Of a DNA stretch of 64,000 bases, positions 10,136 through 19,801 are shown one piece after another (position 1 is the first letter of the stretch; each line of letters begins with the position of its first letter). Below the pieces are notes generated by a model. The model did no database searches and was not told the DNA's origin. It saw nothing but the letters and a program-made list of their open reading frames with translations. This DNA comes from Marispirochaeta sp. (GTDB lineage Bacteria > Spirochaetota > Spirochaetia > JC444 > Marispirochaetaceae), in NCBI GenBank assembly GCA_963676835.2, contig CAXXFF010000003.1, positions 544,001-608,000 on the forward strand, in the 5' to 3' direction. A program made the translations under genes and the position numbers.

Positions 10136-11158
10136 TCAGAGCTTACCCATTTTTCGAAGCATTTCTGCAACTGCAGGCTTGTCTTTGGCAGTAGACTCGT
10201 ATACAGGTTTTGCAGCATTCAGGAATTCTTCATGATTGGCATTGATAATGGTCATATTTTCTTCGTTGACCAGTTTCTGCATGAACTCATCATTAGCTTT
10301 TCCAAAAGCTGAGCGCTGCCAGTCCCGGGCTTCAATCGCTGCATCTTTAAGGGCTTTCTGCAGATCCGGAGAGAGTTTGCTCAGGGTCTTGGCATTAATA
10401 ACCCAGGAAATATCGGTGTTGATATGATTGGTGTAGAGACAGTAATCGGCAACTTCAAAAATCTTGTAGGTATAGGCGGTTTCAAAGGAACCTTCCATTG
10501 CATCAACAACACCACTGTGCAGAGCGGAATACATTTCCGGCGCAGCTACAGGAGTGGGATTGGCACCAAGAGCCTTGAACGTATTTACATATACTGCAGA
10601 TTCGGGGGTACGAATTTTCACACCTTTGAGGCTGGCAACACTGGGGGTGGGCTCGTTTTTGATGAATACACTTCTCATTCCACCATCAACCCATGCCAAG
10701 ATTTCCATACCTGCCTTCTCTTTCAGCAGACCGGCAAACTCCTTACCCATTGCGCCGTCTACAGTTGCATGATAATCATCAAGATCCTTGAACATAAAGG
10801 GCAGTGAAAAAACACCGAATTCAGGTACATAAGCTTCATAACGACCGGCTTCACCAAGGGCCATTTCAATAGTCCCCAACTTTACAGCCTCTACCAGCTC
10901 TCGCTGTCCGCCCAGCTGTCCACTATGGACAACAGAAATCTCGATCATGCCGTTTGATTTTTCACTTGCCAGCTGGGCAAACTTTTCCATTGCCTCATGC
11001 TGTACCGTAGTAGGCGGCAAGTGATGAGCCAGTGTCATTTTGACAACTTCAGCACTTCCCTTTTCAGCCTCTCCCTGTCCACCGGCAAAGATCGCCGGAG
11101 CAAAGGCCACCATAATGACCATGGCGAAAACTAATCCGATTCTCCCTGACTTCTTCAT
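10136..11158 (-). CDS. dctP: TRAP substrate-binding protein
   Basis: Signal peptide, SGQLG, LPFMF, LKGVKIRTP, GANPTP, YSALHSGVVDAME. Confidence 0.95.
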   Translation of the reverse strand: MKKSGRIGLVFAMVIMVAFAPAIFAGGQGEAEKGSAEVVKMTLAHHLPPTTVQHEAMEKFAQLASEKSNGMIEISVVHSGQLGGQRELVEAVKLGTIEMALGEAGRYEAYVPEFGVFSLPFMFKDLDDYHATVDGAMGKEFAGLLKEKAGMEILAWVDGGMRSVFIKNEPTPSVASLKGVKIRTPESAVYVNTFKALGANPTPVAAPEMYSALHSGVVDAMEGSFETAYTYKIFEVADYCLYTNHINTDISWVINAKTLSKLSPDLQKALKDAAIEARDWQRSAFGKANDEFMQKLVNEENMTIINANHEEFLNAAKPVYESTAKDKPAVAEMLRKMGKL

Positions 11159-11175
11159 GAAATCCTCCTTAATAA

Positions 11176-11883
11176 TCAAACATCGTCGTACAACGATGAG
11201 TATTCCGTATCCAGATATTCGATAAGAACATCAAAATGGTCGGCCATAATATTTCGGGCCGTCCTGGCCTTTCGCTGTTCAATGGCATCTATTATCCTGC
11301 TGTGCCGCTCATAGGACACATTAATATCTGTCAAGCTGACCGCTTCTTCCATGTACTGCAGAATTACATCTTTAAGCTGGGTAATAACCCGCAGAAACAT
11401 CCCGTTACCAGATGACCGGGCCAGCTGAAGATGCAGAGCGTAGTCTGCTGTAATAAAATCCGCAGGGGTGCTCCCTGCATTGCGGAGAAGTGCCACGCAT
11501 TTTCTGAGTTCGCTGATATCAACCGATGAAGCCCGCCTGCACGCCAGAACCACACTCTCAATCTCTATAACCCGGCGGAATTCAAGCACATCCAGCAGGT
11601 CCTTTTTTGAAAACAGAATGGATGGAATACTGGCAGCCAGAAGATTCCCGGTAAGCGATTCCGTAACGTAGGTTCCAATTCCCTGCCGTTTATTGAGGAT
11701 GCCGTATGCACACAGTTCCTGAATTGCACTTCTTACGGTGTTACGGCTTACATTAAAAGCCCTGCTCAGTTCCGGTTCCGAAGGAATCAGCGACCCCGCC
11801 GGCCACTCACCGGAAAGAATGTTCTCCTTTAACTGGGCGGTTATCTCCTTAACCAGATTCTTTCTTTCAAAACTCTTAATCAC
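11176..11883 (-). CDS. FadR/GntR family regulator
   Basis: PSEPELSRAFNVSRNTVRSA...RQGIGTYV followed by an FCD domain. Confidence 0.92.
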   Translation of the reverse strand: MIKSFERKNLVKEITAQLKENILSGEWPAGSLIPSEPELSRAFNVSRNTVRSAIQELCAYGILNKRQGIGTYVTESLTGNLLAASIPSILFSKKDLLDVLEFRRVIEIESVVLACRRASSVDISELRKCVALLRNAGSTPADFITADYALHLQLARSSGNGMFLRVITQLKDVILQYMEEAVSLTDINVSYERHSRIIDAIEQRKARTARNIMADHFDVLIEYLDTEYSSLYDDV

Positions 11884-12030
11884 CGAAACTCTCCCTGGAA
11901 GAACCCTGTTGGTCGTTCTACAAGTTCAAATTAAAAAACCACCCAAAATCACTATTTAATACAAGATTAAATCCGGTATTTTGCAAAATCGTCCTTGTTT
12001 TTTACAATTTTGTCCGGTATTCTCATATTA

Positions 12031-12945
12031 ATGGAAGAAAATCTGCCCTTAAAACTTTTTTTCGGCCTTTACTGCAATACCTGCGAGGGAAGGCCGAGTA
12101 ACAGATTTTCACGACATAACGAGATAGAGATGCTCTTTTTCCAGACAGATGAACCGGTGGTTATTCGATATGGAGGACGTACCTTTCAAATTCAGCCGGA
12201 CGCGACAGTACTTTTCTGGGGTGCAATTCCTCATCAACTGGTCCACATAGCAGACAATTCCAGGCTGTGCTGGGTAACAATTCCGCCTGCCATTCTCATA
12301 CGCTGGGGGCTTCCCAACAAACTTGAAGAACTTCTCCTGAACGGTAAAATGCTTATAGAAAATGATCCCCGAATGAGAGAACTCGATCTGCTTCAGCTGC
12401 CTGTCTGGAAGAGTGAATCAAAATCACAAACCCCTGACAACAGACGCAATCTGCTTTTTTCTATAGAAACCCGTCTTCGACGATTTAAAAATTTCACACT
12501 GCCTCCCGAATCGAAATCAGGGTCCCAATACTCATTAGATATTCATTCCGGAAGACAGACTTTTGACATTATGTATACCTACATAACCAGAAACTTCAGT
12601 TCTCGAATAACTGCTGTGGATATAGCTGCTGCCGCCGATATCCATCCCAATTATGCCGCAACACTTTTTCATCATACCTGCGGAATAGGTATTACAGAGT
12701 TTATTCAGATGCTGAGAGTATATGAAGCTCAGAGAATCCTTTTAACTACAAACTACTGCATAACCAGTGTTGCAGAGAAAGCCGGCTTCGGGTCGAAAAC
12801 CATGTTCTATGACTGTTTTTCCCGGATATGCGGTATAAGCCCGAAAAGATACAGACAAGATCCGGAGATGGCATCGATGTCAGATCTCCCGAAAAACCGC
12901 CGAAATGGACTGGAACTCAGAAAGGTAATGTATGATTCACCCTGA
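12031..12945 (+). CDS. AraC family regulator (MelR-like)
   Basis: HNEIE...FWGAIPHQL cupin domain; two HTHs (HPNYAATLF, GFGS..FY); ATG at 12031 chosen over the upstream TTG. Confidence 0.88.
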   Translation: MEENLPLKLFFGLYCNTCEGRPSNRFSRHNEIEMLFFQTDEPVVIRYGGRTFQIQPDATVLFWGAIPHQLVHIADNSRLCWVTIPPAILIRWGLPNKLEELLLNGKMLIENDPRMRELDLLQLPVWKSESKSQTPDNRRNLLFSIETRLRRFKNFTLPPESKSGSQYSLDIHSGRQTFDIMYTYITRNFSSRITAVDIAAAADIHPNYAATLFHHTCGIGITEFIQMLRVYEAQRILLTTNYCITSVAEKAGFGSKTMFYDCFSRICGISPKRYRQDPEMASMSDLPKNRRNGLELRKVMYDSP

Positions 12946-13642
12946 TTCCGATTATTATCAGAAACAGTTTGAGTGCGGAATTATTGAATCCCCGCAGGCA
13001 GGGGCCTTTAAAATCCACGAAGGTATAGAGTTTACTTTCTTCGACAGCACAGAACCTGTCATCCTTGAATCCGCAGGGGTAACTACCTTGGTCCCTCCAG
13101 GCCTTGCGGTCATGTTCTGGGCAGCTATACCCAACAGAATATTTTCGATGCCGGAAAATCCAGTACAGTACTGGTTTACCATTCCTATTGATCAGTTCCT
13201 GAAGCTGGATGTCTCACAGAATATCCTGCACGATCTGTTAAGCGGAAAAATCCTGATGGAAAACAATCAGTCCATGCAGACAATAGATGTAAAAATGTTT
13301 CCTGTCTGGATGGAAGAGTTGAACAGCAAATCACCGGTAGATCAGCTAACAGTAGAAAAATCCATTATTACACGGGTATATCGGTTTCTTTCTCATATGC
13401 AGGTATCATCAACGGCTGCAAAAACACAATCCCATCATTCCATCGCACAATTTATTATGGTCAGTGATGCGATCCGGCTGCTGTTAACATCGGATCTCAG
13501 GATAATTGATATCGCCCTTGAAGCCGGTTTTGAGTCGTTAAGCAGCTTCTATCAGATATTTAAAAATGTATGTGGCCGTAAACCCGGAGAATACAGACGG
13601 CTGGCAAAACCTGCAGATATGAAGCGGGATAAAGGCATATGA
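12932..13642 (+). CDS. AraC family regulator paralogue lacking the first HTH
   Basis: FWAAIP N-domain; only the second HTH (DIALEAGFESLSSFY) is present. Confidence 0.75.
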   Translation: MIHPDSDYYQKQFECGIIESPQAGAFKIHEGIEFTFFDSTEPVILESAGVTTLVPPGLAVMFWAAIPNRIFSMPENPVQYWFTIPIDQFLKLDVSQNILHDLLSGKILMENNQSMQTIDVKMFPVWMEELNSKSPVDQLTVEKSIITRVYRFLSHMQVSSTAAKTQSHHSIAQFIMVSDAIRLLLTSDLRIIDIALEAGFESLSSFYQIFKNVCGRKPGEYRRLAKPADMKRDKGI

Positions 13643-13674
13643 AGGGGAAACACAGTCTACTGTAAAAAGACCAA

Positions 13675-14133
13675 CTAATCCAAATACAAAGTCACCGTCA
13701 CATCCCCCGGCCCCAGCATCCTCTTTAACCCTTCTCCGGTAACACCTTCAATCCTCCCGATTCTGGTAAAATTCCAGGAATTGGTATCGTAATAGATCAC
13801 AAAAGCCCTGCCGTTATACAAAATAAGATCCCCCGCTTCGGTACGTATCTGTTCATCGTTTCTTGGAAGGCTGTGATCAAAATTTCCGACCTTCTCCATG
13901 TTGCCGTAATCTTCCATTTCTATAGTGACAGGTCCGGTGGAAAGCATTTTCCTGAGTTCCACAGTTGTTGAGTTATCCACCAGAACAGCAATAAAAACAT
14001 GCCCGTTGGCTTCAATCTTCATTCGGGTCACCTTGTCATAGTCCTCTCTTTTGTTATCTGCGCTTATGGTAAAGCACATTCCTGCAGTGAGAATAAACAA
14101 TACTGCAAGGCGTAAACCTTTATCAAATTTCAT
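13675..14133 (-). CDS. Cyclophilin-like fold protein with signal peptide
   Basis: MEDYGNMEKVG, AGDLILY, IYYDTNSWNFTRIG. Confidence 0.8.
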   Translation of the reverse strand: MKFDKGLRLAVLFILTAGMCFTISADNKREDYDKVTRMKIEANGHVFIAVLVDNSTTVELRKMLSTGPVTIEMEDYGNMEKVGNFDHSLPRNDEQIRTEAGDLILYNGRAFVIYYDTNSWNFTRIGRIEGVTGEGLKRMLGPGDVTVTLYLD

Positions 14134-14180
14134 CCTTACTCTCCATCATCCGCACCTGGTGCTGTACGTTAAAAACAAAA

Positions 14181-14202
14181 CCCCGGACGAATACGTCCGG
14201 GG
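14181..14202 (-). terminator. Rho-independent terminator after the aldo/keto reductase gene
   Basis: CCCCGGACG-N4-CGTCCGGGG followed by a T-run on the minus strand. Confidence 0.8.
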
Positions 14203-14229
14203 ATATCAGTAATTGATAAGAAAAGTATG

Positions 14230-15099
14230 TTACTTCAGCTTTCCACCGTATACGGGAAACATACTGGCATCACCGTAATCTTTGATTTTATCCATACCTT
14301 TGAGAGTTTCCATATCTTCCGCAGAGATGGAAAAATCAACTGCAGCATTGTTTTTCATATGAGCCGGATTGGCGGTCTTGGGCAGGGGCAGCAGACCAAG
14401 TTCCAGGCAGTAACGAATGCTGAGCTGGGGAATAGATACATCGTATTTTTCCGCAATCTTAGCTACAGCCTCGTTTTTCATAAGCTCACCATGTGCAACA
14501 GGCGAGTATGCTTCTACCAGAATACCCTTTTCTTCGCAGTAGGAAATCAAATCTGCGGGAGTGTTGCTTATATGAGCAAGAATCTGGTTCACCATGGGTT
14601 TTACCGTACAGGACTCCAGGATGTTATCAAGGTCCTCCTTAAGGAAGTTGGAAACACCAATCGCCCGGATTTTACCGGCTTTGTAAGCCTCTTCCAGAGC
14701 CCTCCAGGCAGCTTTATTGCCTTCGAAGCAGCGGTCCTCGTCGTCACCATACTCCATCCAGGGCTGGGGACTGTGGATAATCATCATATCGACATATTCG
14801 AGACCCATTAACTCAAGGGAACCATTGATGGATGCAACTGCTTCGTTATAAGTTTTTGCTTCCGCTGCCAGTTTAGTGGTTATAAAAAGCTCCTCACGCT
14901 TTATTCCACAGGCTCTTACACCTTCTCCAACTCCCCGTTCATTCTGATAGGCCTGGGCGGTATCAATATGCCGGTAACCAAGGGCTACAGCGTCTTTTAC
15001 CGCCTGAACCACATCTTCATCGCTGATAAACCAGGTTCCGAGTCCAAGTTTGGGAATCTTTACATCATTAGACAGGGTAAATGTTTCGTTTAAAGTCAT
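14230..15099 (-). CDS. Aldo/keto reductase (DkgA-like)
   Basis: LGLGTW, GYRHIDTAQAY, IGVSNF, LPKT. Confidence 0.93.
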   Translation of the reverse strand: MTLNETFTLSNDVKIPKLGLGTWFISDEDVVQAVKDAVALGYRHIDTAQAYQNERGVGEGVRACGIKREELFITTKLAAEAKTYNEAVASINGSLELMGLEYVDMMIIHSPQPWMEYGDDEDRCFEGNKAAWRALEEAYKAGKIRAIGVSNFLKEDLDNILESCTVKPMVNQILAHISNTPADLISYCEEKGILVEAYSPVAHGELMKNEAVAKIAEKYDVSIPQLSIRYCLELGLLPLPKTANPAHMKNNAAVDFSISAEDMETLKGMDKIKDYGDASMFPVYGGKLK

Positions 15100-15138
15100 A
15101 ACAGCATCTCCTTCTTGTTGCTTGTTAGTCTGTTTTAT

Positions 15139-15765
15139 TCAGTAAGCCAGCCTCGTCAGCCAGCTCAATACATCTTTTTTTGATTCCAGCAACCGGTAAT
15201 CTGGAACAACACAGGGCTCCAGAAAATCTGCATCCGGCTCAAGTTTTTCCAGTGTTTTAATTGAATACCCCAAGCCACCTCCCATATGGGTAGCAAAGGG
15301 AATTACAGTCTTTCCGGCAAGGTTGTATCGCTCCAGGAATGAATACAGCACCATGGGGATATCCCTCCACCAGACGGGGTAGCCAAGAAAAACAATTTCG
15401 TAGCGGTCCATTTCTGACACAGACCCTATAAAATCCGGCCTGGCGTTCTGTCTCTGCTCACGGCCGCCCTCTTCCACAGCCTCATTGAAGCCCTTTGCGT
15501 ATTTGCCGGCCGTCCGGATCTCAAAGAGGTCTCCCCCGGTTTCCATCTGGATCCATTCAGCAACGATTTCCGCATCACCCTTATATTTTCCCTCATGCAG
15601 CTGGACACTCGCATGGGTTGAGGTATCTACATCCCCGGAAAGATCTTTGTTCTGTGCCCAGGTAAAATAGGCGATCAGTATTCTGTTGTTTGTCCCATTC
15701 TCCTGAGGGAAAATCCCCGGGAGCAGAAAGATGAGAATAAGGACTGCAGGCAGCATTCTTTTCAT
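15139..15765 (-). CDS. Flavodoxin-like protein with N-terminal signal peptide
   Basis: ILIAYFTW, GGDLFEI, VFLGYPVWW, IPFATHMGGG. Confidence 0.85.
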   Translation of the reverse strand: MKRMLPAVLILIFLLPGIFPQENGTNNRILIAYFTWAQNKDLSGDVDTSTHASVQLHEGKYKGDAEIVAEWIQMETGGDLFEIRTAGKYAKGFNEAVEEGGREQRQNARPDFIGSVSEMDRYEIVFLGYPVWWRDIPMVLYSFLERYNLAGKTVIPFATHMGGGLGYSIKTLEKLEPDADFLEPCVVPDYRLLESKKDVLSWLTRLAY

Positions 15766-15799
15766 ATGGTTCTCCCGGAGCAGGTATTATCAGATGCCC

Positions 15800-16237
15800 T
15801 TACTCAAACAGTTCAATCCTGACTGCTACAGAGCCTTTAGGCCACGCTTTCAAAGAATCAAGGTTTTCAACCCTGCCGATGATATGCTGATTATTTCCAT
15901 AGGAGGCGGAGCTCTCCTCTCCTCCAAAGAAAAAAGCAATCCAGTCCGCTCCGGGAATATAGGAAATATCTCCGTTCTTCCAGCCCGCCTGAGCTTCCCC
16001 GGTGCGGGTTTCCAAGGGTTTGTCCAGCCGGCCGCAGTAATCCACAGCCGATCGGTTTACTCTTACCGTATACGGAAGCTTTGAAATCAGATCCACGGCC
16101 GAAGTTGTATCGTTTAAAACAGCCGTGTAGGTTTCTGCCCCGACTATCAGCCGAACCTTTGTTTCATATGTCATACTCTGTGCTCCCGCTGAGAGAATTG
16201 TTATTCCTGCAAACAGCACTATCCATAATTTTTTCAT
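15800..16237 (-). CDS. Cyclophilin-like fold protein with signal peptide
   Basis: LND..SA.DL.SKLP, GDISY...WIAFF, IIGRV. Confidence 0.75.
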   Translation of the reverse strand: MKKLWIVLFAGITILSAGAQSMTYETKVRLIVGAETYTAVLNDTTSAVDLISKLPYTVRVNRSAVDYCGRLDKPLETRTGEAQAGWKNGDISYIPGADWIAFFFGGEESSASYGNNQHIIGRVENLDSLKAWPKGSVAVRIELFE

Positions 16238-16992
16238 GAATCCTCCGGTAAAACCTCATTCAGGCAGGTAAGTGCATTTAAAGTTCTTGGGAAACCTGTA
16301 TAGGGAAGACACTGGGTTATAGCTGAAATAAGCGTTTCCCTGCTGTTTCCTACACTCTTGTTGCCCATAATATGGGATTTAACCTGACTCTCGCATCCTC
16401 CGAGGGAAATCAGAATACACAGAGTAAGCAATTCCCGGGTTTTAAGATCAAGTCCACTGCGGGTATAGATATCTCCGAAGCAGTATGCAGAAAGATAATT
16501 CTGAATATGCTTAAGGTTGTCCGGTGCATTCGCATGCATCTGGTCGATAATGGGTCCGAAGATGGACTTCTGCACCTTAAGACCTTCATCAAAGCGGGTC
16601 TCTTCGCTTACCTGCTTCTGACTTTCCACAGGGAGCTTAATTCCTGCCTTTTCAAAAACGTCGTTGGCCCTGCTGAGTGCGTTGAGGGTTTTAGGAAAGC
16701 CCACGTACGGAGCACACTGATACAGTGCCTCCTTTATCTCCACCGGAGTAGCTCCGGTATTCAGGGCAGCGAAAACATGGGCGGGCACCTGATCAAGAGC
16801 CTGACTGGCAGTAAGCACCACAAGGGTAATGAGCTCCCGTGTTGTATCCTCGATATTACCTTGAGAGAAAACATCTCCGAAAATAAAGCGATTCAGCATC
16901 TCCTGAAAATCGGGATCCGTTGCCTCCGCAGGACTGGTTACATCACCAAAAAGCTCTTTAAACTTCTTTCCGCTCAATTCTATTCTGTTCAT
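16234..16992 (-). CDS. Carboxymuconolactone decarboxylase family protein (two CMD domains)
   Basis: Duplicated FGD...RELITL and PY.GFP..LNAL motifs. Confidence 0.9.
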   Translation of the reverse strand: MNRIELSGKKFKELFGDVTSPAEATDPDFQEMLNRFIFGDVFSQGNIEDTTRELITLVVLTASQALDQVPAHVFAALNTGATPVEIKEALYQCAPYVGFPKTLNALSRANDVFEKAGIKLPVESQKQVSEETRFDEGLKVQKSIFGPIIDQMHANAPDNLKHIQNYLSAYCFGDIYTRSGLDLKTRELLTLCILISLGGCESQVKSHIMGNKSVGNSRETLISAITQCLPYTGFPRTLNALTCLNEVLPEDS

Positions 16993-17001
16993 CGTAATTA
17001 C

Positions 17002-17439
17002 CTATTTCAGACTGTTGTAAAAGTCCGCATCCACCGGCTCGAGCCACTCGTTGCTGGTTTCCACACCGGGTACTTCCACGGAAATATGGCTGAACCAGCT
17101 ATCAGATTTAGCACCATGCCAGTGTTTTACCCCGGTGGGGATATAGATAAATGAGCCTTCTGCAAGGCTGACGGCATCTTTGCCCTCTTCCTGATACCAG
17201 CCCTCACCGGCTGTACAGATAAGCATCTGACCTCCGCCGCTCTTAGCATTGTGAACATGCCAGTTATTCCGACATGCAGGCTCAAAAGTGACATTCGCAA
17301 GAAACAAGGGAGTTTCGCCAGGCTTTACCATCAGATTCAGGAAAGAATCCCCTACAAAATATTTTGCAAACATCTCGTTGGGCATTCCGGTGCCAAACAT
17401 ATTGGCCTTTTCAAATTCTTCTTTGTTCATGTATTTCAT
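17002..17439 (-). CDS. Cupin domain protein
   Basis: NVTFEPACRNNWHVH, GGQML, KHWHGA, WFSH. Confidence 0.9.
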   Translation of the reverse strand: MKYMNKEEFEKANMFGTGMPNEMFAKYFVGDSFLNLMVKPGETPLFLANVTFEPACRNNWHVHNAKSGGGQMLICTAGEGWYQEEGKDAVSLAEGSFIYIPTGVKHWHGAKSDSWFSHISVEVPGVETSNEWLEPVDADFYNSLK

Positions 17440-17654
17440 CGTTCACCTCATAAAAGTAAGATTTCAGTCTGTAAAGATGTGCCTTCAGGAGATTCTTCAC
17501 CTCTCTGATTACAAGAGAAAATATAAACCATGAAGTCAGGCAAAAGAATGTCTATTCCCACAACTTTTTTGCCTATTCCTACATTTCTACATGATTTTAT
17601 ATAGTTATGTTCATGTTTTTATGCATAATACATACACGCACAGCGAGGTAACGC

Positions 17655-18533
17655 ATGAACAAGAAGACAGAACAGATAAAAGAGCTGCTCCTAAAACAGC
17701 TCCCGAAAGAAGGGATTCTTGATACAGGAATACAAGGTGTAGGTATCTTCAGGATTGATAATTCCTTTCTTAAACGCCCTCAGCTCTATAATCCGCAAAT
17801 AATCCTGCTCGCGGAAGGCAAGAAGAGTATCTACCTGGGAGAGAAGCACTTTATATATGACCCCCTGCACTACTACGTACAGACACTGCCCCTGCCGGTT
17901 GAGTGTGAAGCAGTTATTGAAGACGGGAAGCCCATGCTCGGTATGGCTATAAATATTGATCCCCGGATTATCGGTGAAATACTCAATGAGGCATATAGCG
18001 ATCTTCCGGCACCGGTCAAGGTTTCAAGCAGCCTTTACAGTGCGGAAGTTTCTGATGTAATTCTAGAACCGGTAATCCGCCTGCTAAAAACACTGGGCTC
18101 CCCTGCGGAGGTAAAAATCCTCGGACCGCTTTTTCTTAAAGAGCTCCTCTTCCGAATAGTAAGCGGAGAAAACGGCGAAATCCTCCGGGAAATAGCATTT
18201 AACAACCGGGGCTTCTATCAGGTTTCCCGGATTATTAACAATGTTCATAAGGAGTACGCCACTCCATTCGAAATACAGGATCTCGCCCGAACCGCAGGCA
18301 TGAGCACCACAGCTTTCCATGCAATCTTCAAGGATATGACAGGAACAACTCCCCTGCAGTACATAAAGAACATACGGCTGCACAGGGCAAAAGAGATGAT
18401 TCAGCATGAAGGAGAAAAAGCCAATGTCGCCGCAATGCGGGTCGGATACGAAAGCTCCTCCCAGTTCAGCAGGGAATACAAAAGGACATTCGGAACAAGC
18501 CCAGCAAAGGACCGTCAGGCTGTAGCTGTATAG
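17655..18533 (+). CDS. AraC family regulator (AraC_N/YqhC-like)
   Basis: LYNP...GKK, LPVEC, TPLQYIKNIRL, VGYESSSQFSREYKR; divergent from the cupin-CMD operon. Confidence 0.92.
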   Translation: MNKKTEQIKELLLKQLPKEGILDTGIQGVGIFRIDNSFLKRPQLYNPQIILLAEGKKSIYLGEKHFIYDPLHYYVQTLPLPVECEAVIEDGKPMLGMAINIDPRIIGEILNEAYSDLPAPVKVSSSLYSAEVSDVILEPVIRLLKTLGSPAEVKILGPLFLKELLFRIVSGENGEILREIAFNNRGFYQVSRIINNVHKEYATPFEIQDLARTAGMSTTAFHAIFKDMTGTTPLQYIKNIRLHRAKEMIQHEGEKANVAAMRVGYESSSQFSREYKRTFGTSPAKDRQAVAV

Positions 18534-18556
18534 CAAGCCGTAACATATTCAGATTA

Positions 18557-19801
18557 ATGGAGAAAACTATGCTAACCAGAAAAAACAGCCGTAACGGCGA
18601 CGAACTCTCAATCCTCGGATTCGGCTGCATGCGGCTTCCCACAAAGGGATCTGCCATTGACGAAGAAAAAGCCATAGAATTGATCCGCAATGCGGCAGAC
18701 CGGGGCATTAACTACTTTGATACTGCATGGCCTTATCATGGCGGTAAAAGTGAACCCCTGTTAGGCAAAGCCCTTGGCGACGGATACCGTGATAGGGTTA
18801 AAATTGCCACCAAACTGCCCCAGTTTATGGTCAAAAACCTGGAAAAGGCTAAAAAGATATTCGCCACCCAGCTCGAACGGCTGAATACCGATTATATCGA
18901 CTACTATCTGCTGCACATGCTGGCAGATAAGGCCGGTTTCGACCGCCTGAAAGAAATTGGGATTATTAAATGGCTTGAAGATCTGAAAAAACAAGGAAAA
19001 ATCAGGAACATAGGTTTTTCATTCCATGGGGTGCAAAAAGGCTTTACTGAGTTAATAAAGGCATACGATTGGGATTTCTGTCAGATCCAGTACAACTATC
19101 TGGATGAAAACAATCAGGCTGGTCGTGCAGGCCTGGAACTTGCTCATTCACTGAATATTCCTGTCATAGTCATGGAGCCTTTACGAGGGGGACAGCTTGT
19201 TAACCAGCTGCCGAAAGAAATTAGGCAGCTGTATGAAAAAACTGTTCCGGGACGGAGTGCCGCCGCATGGTCATTGCGCTGGATATGGAACCATCCGGCG
19301 GTGACCGTGGTTCTCTCAGGCATGGGTGCACAAGACCAGCTTGATGACAATATCGCCATAGCAGCGGATATGCATCTGGCATCCCTGCCTGCCGAGGAAC
19401 TTGAACTGTATGAAAATGTAAAACAGATTTTGTATGCGAAAACAAAAGTACCCTGTACCGCTTGTGCCTACTGTATGCCCTGTCCTGCGGGAGTCAATAT
19501 CCCCCAGGTTTTCTCCTTGTACAACGAGAAATACCTCATGGAAGGAAAACGGGAAAAGTTTAAATATATGATGGAGTTGGGAGTCGGCGCAAAACAGCCG
19601 GGATTCGCTTCCCTTTGCATCCAGTGCGGAAAGTGTGAAGAACACTGCCCCCAGAGCATAAGTATACGACAGGAACTGAAAACCGTACGCAAGGAGATGG
19701 AGGGAATATTCTTCAAGCCCATGACAGCTCTGATTCGTAAGATGGTCGGGGTTAACCATAAGAAGCAATCAGGGAACAAGCAGGTTAACAAGAATCCCTG
19801 A
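18557..19801 (+). CDS. Aldo/keto reductase with C-terminal 4Fe-4S domain
   Basis: LGFGCMRLP, NYFDTAWPY, MEPLRGG, CTACAYCMPCP, CIQCGKCEEHCPQ. Confidence 0.92.
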   Translation: MEKTMLTRKNSRNGDELSILGFGCMRLPTKGSAIDEEKAIELIRNAADRGINYFDTAWPYHGGKSEPLLGKALGDGYRDRVKIATKLPQFMVKNLEKAKKIFATQLERLNTDYIDYYLLHMLADKAGFDRLKEIGIIKWLEDLKKQGKIRNIGFSFHGVQKGFTELIKAYDWDFCQIQYNYLDENNQAGRAGLELAHSLNIPVIVMEPLRGGQLVNQLPKEIRQLYEKTVPGRSAAAWSLRWIWNHPAVTVVLSGMGAQDQLDDNIAIAADMHLASLPAEELELYENVKQILYAKTKVPCTACAYCMPCPAGVNIPQVFSLYNEKYLMEGKREKFKYMMELGVGAKQPGFASLCIQCGKCEEHCPQSISIRQELKTVRKEMEGIFFKPMTALIRKMVGVNHKKQSGNKQVNKNP

